A stretch of DNA of 25,928 bases from a virus (lineage: Duplodnaviria > Caudoviricetes): IMG/VR virus record IMGVR_UViG_3300034965_000010, positions 1-25,928 of that record; one strand, written 5' to 3'. Below, in pieces: positions 24,641 through 25,928 of the stretch (positions are counted from its first letter, which is position 1; each line of letters opens with the position of its first letter). A program made the translations under genes and the position numbers. The notes beneath the pieces were generated by a model that did not search any database, was not told where the DNA came from, and saw only the letters and a program-made list of their open reading frames with translations.

Positions 24641-25249
24641 TTAATATTTATCATATTCTGTTTCTTTCCTCCAACCGTAACCACCTGCTATTTTTTGTAT
24701 ACCATTTAAAACATTGCATATTGATGTTCTATTAATATAATTTTCTTTTGCAGCTGTCCTAATACTTTTATAAAAATCTAACGTTTCACCTGTTTCTATG
24801 TCTATTTTAAGAACTGGCTTACACATTGTTGTCTTACCACCTGATAATAATCCTAAAGATCTTCTATCAATCCATGCTAAATTATTAGCATTATTATCAT
24901 ATTTCATTTTATTTTTATGATATATTACCATGCCTGGTGCTGGCTGTTCTTCTAAAAATAAACTCGCTATTACTTTATGAGCAAATATAGTCCTATAAAT
25001 ACCATCTATTTCAACTTTAATTATAAGACTATGATTATTACCTGTTTTTTTTATGAATGGCGTTAAATAAAAATATATACCTTTTTTATTAACCCTTCTA
25101 AATCTGCCCAAATTACTACATTGATATTTTATAGATCCTTTTATAAATAACCAGTATTCTAAATCATTATCATTGTTCATGGCCATTAATATCTTCACTA
25201 TAAAGACTTTCAGGCTCATAATCTCCGTCACATTTGCCAGTATAATCAT
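24641..25249 (-). CDS. NUMOD4-HNH-NUMOD1 homing-endonuclease-like protein (true start possibly about 25180)
   Basis: EYW..IKG..KYQCSNLGRFRR (NUMOD4); AHKVIASLF...HKNKMKYDNNANNLAW (HNH); KPVLKID...FYKSIRTAA...AGGYGWR (NUMOD1/IENR1). Confidence 0.8.
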   Translation of the reverse strand: MIILANVTEIMSLKVFIVKILMAMNNDNDLEYWLFIKGSIKYQCSNLGRFRRVNKKGIYFYLTPFIKKTGNNHSLIIKVEIDGIYRTIFAHKVIASLFLEEQPAPGMVIYHKNKMKYDNNANNLAWIDRRSLGLLSGGKTTMCKPVLKIDIETGETLDFYKSIRTAAKENYINRTSICNVLNGIQKIAGGYGWRKETEYDKY

Positions 25250-25427
25250 CTATATCAAGATGCCCATATTCAAAATCTTGATTAAATTCATCTTCCTCAT
25301 ATTCATAATCTATTAATCCACAATTTTTACATACATAATCATCATTATTATATGGCCTTCCTACGTGATCCACTGATATTATTGATATATATTTAAACTC
25401 ATGGCCTTTACAATTATTACAAATCAT
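25170..25427 (-). CDS. Hypothetical zinc-ribbon protein with an acidic tail
   Basis: CNNC...CKNCG followed by a D/E-rich C-terminus. Confidence 0.6.
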   Translation of the reverse strand: MICNNCKGHEFKYISIISVDHVGRPYNNDDYVCKNCGLIDYEYEEDEFNQDFEYGHLDIDDYTGKCDGDYEPESLYSEDINGHEQ

Positions 25428-25446
25428 TTTATTACCTTCCTTCTAT

Positions 25447-25623
25447 TTATTTTAGTAGATCTATTATTAGTTTTAATCCATCTGAAGTGCTTTCATAACC
25501 TTTAGAATATAAATAATCGCCCCATTCATCTCCATAATTATTTTCATCTTCCTCATTTAATTCATTTTCATCTAATTTATGATTAATATATAACCATAAT
25601 TTAAAATTCATAGGTTTATTCAT
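25447..25623 (-). CDS. Hypothetical 58-aa acidic protein
   Basis: MNKPMNFKLWLY...NEEDENNYGDEWGDY...IDLLK; GGAGG SD; below the ORF-track size cutoff. Confidence 0.6.
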   Translation of the reverse strand: MNKPMNFKLWLYINHKLDENELNEEDENNYGDEWGDYLYSKGYESTSDGLKLIIDLLK

Positions 25624-25641
25624 TGCCAGGCCTCCATATTT

Positions 25642-25908
25642 TTATTTTTTAAAATTATTATATGAAACTATATTAAACTCATAACTTTCTGTTATTGGAT
25701 GATTTATTTTTAAATATTTATATCTCTTTTGGAATATTTGTTTATTATCTAAATAAAATTTAATTACAAATAGATCATAAATTTCTTTTAATTCATATTC
25801 ATCTGCTGTCAATATTCCACAATAAACACCATCTACAAATAATGTTATTGATGGGAACAATTTTTGTTCAATCATTCCCTTATCACGTTCTAATAAAACT
25901 TTGCTCAT
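25642..25908 (-). CDS. Hypothetical phage protein
   Basis: 88 aa, GGGGG SD. Confidence 0.6.
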   Translation of the reverse strand: MSKVLLERDKGMIEQKLFPSITLFVDGVYCGILTADEYELKEIYDLFVIKFYLDNKQIFQKRYKYLKINHPITESYEFNIVSYNNFKK

Positions 25909-25928
25909 AATTACCCCCTATGAATTAC

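Overview
AT-rich (roughly 30% GC by eye) segment of a long-tailed siphophage of a low-GC Firmicute, probably Clostridia-like (inferred from the zinc-finger AbrB, the Prp protease and the GGGGG/GGAGG Shine-Dalgarno sites). Every credible gene is on the minus strand. Reading right to left: small early genes and a NUMOD4-HNH-NUMOD1 endonuclease; an iteron origin with a Rep_3/RepB-type plasmid initiator (suggesting a phage-plasmid); a tandem-HTH regulator and AbrB; terS, terL and portal; a head module with several insertions; a scaffold and major capsid gene; 11 decoration-like genes; neck and tail genes with a -1 frameshift chaperone; a tape measure gene; and a truncated Tal-like tail protein with no Dit before it. 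The most unusual feature is a pair of non-coding cassettes (about 14110-14504 and 18165-18444). They hold 11 and 7 copies of a 12-bp palindrome, TAG(T/A)TNN(A/T)(A/T)CTA, in strictly alternating 21-22/36-bp spacing, and their ends are conserved. They bracket the portal gene, a candidate ribbon-helix-helix gene, a minor capsid gene split in two, and a phage Prp protease. GATC and GGCC also appear strongly over-represented. All family calls come from motif recognition by eye; no database searches were run.
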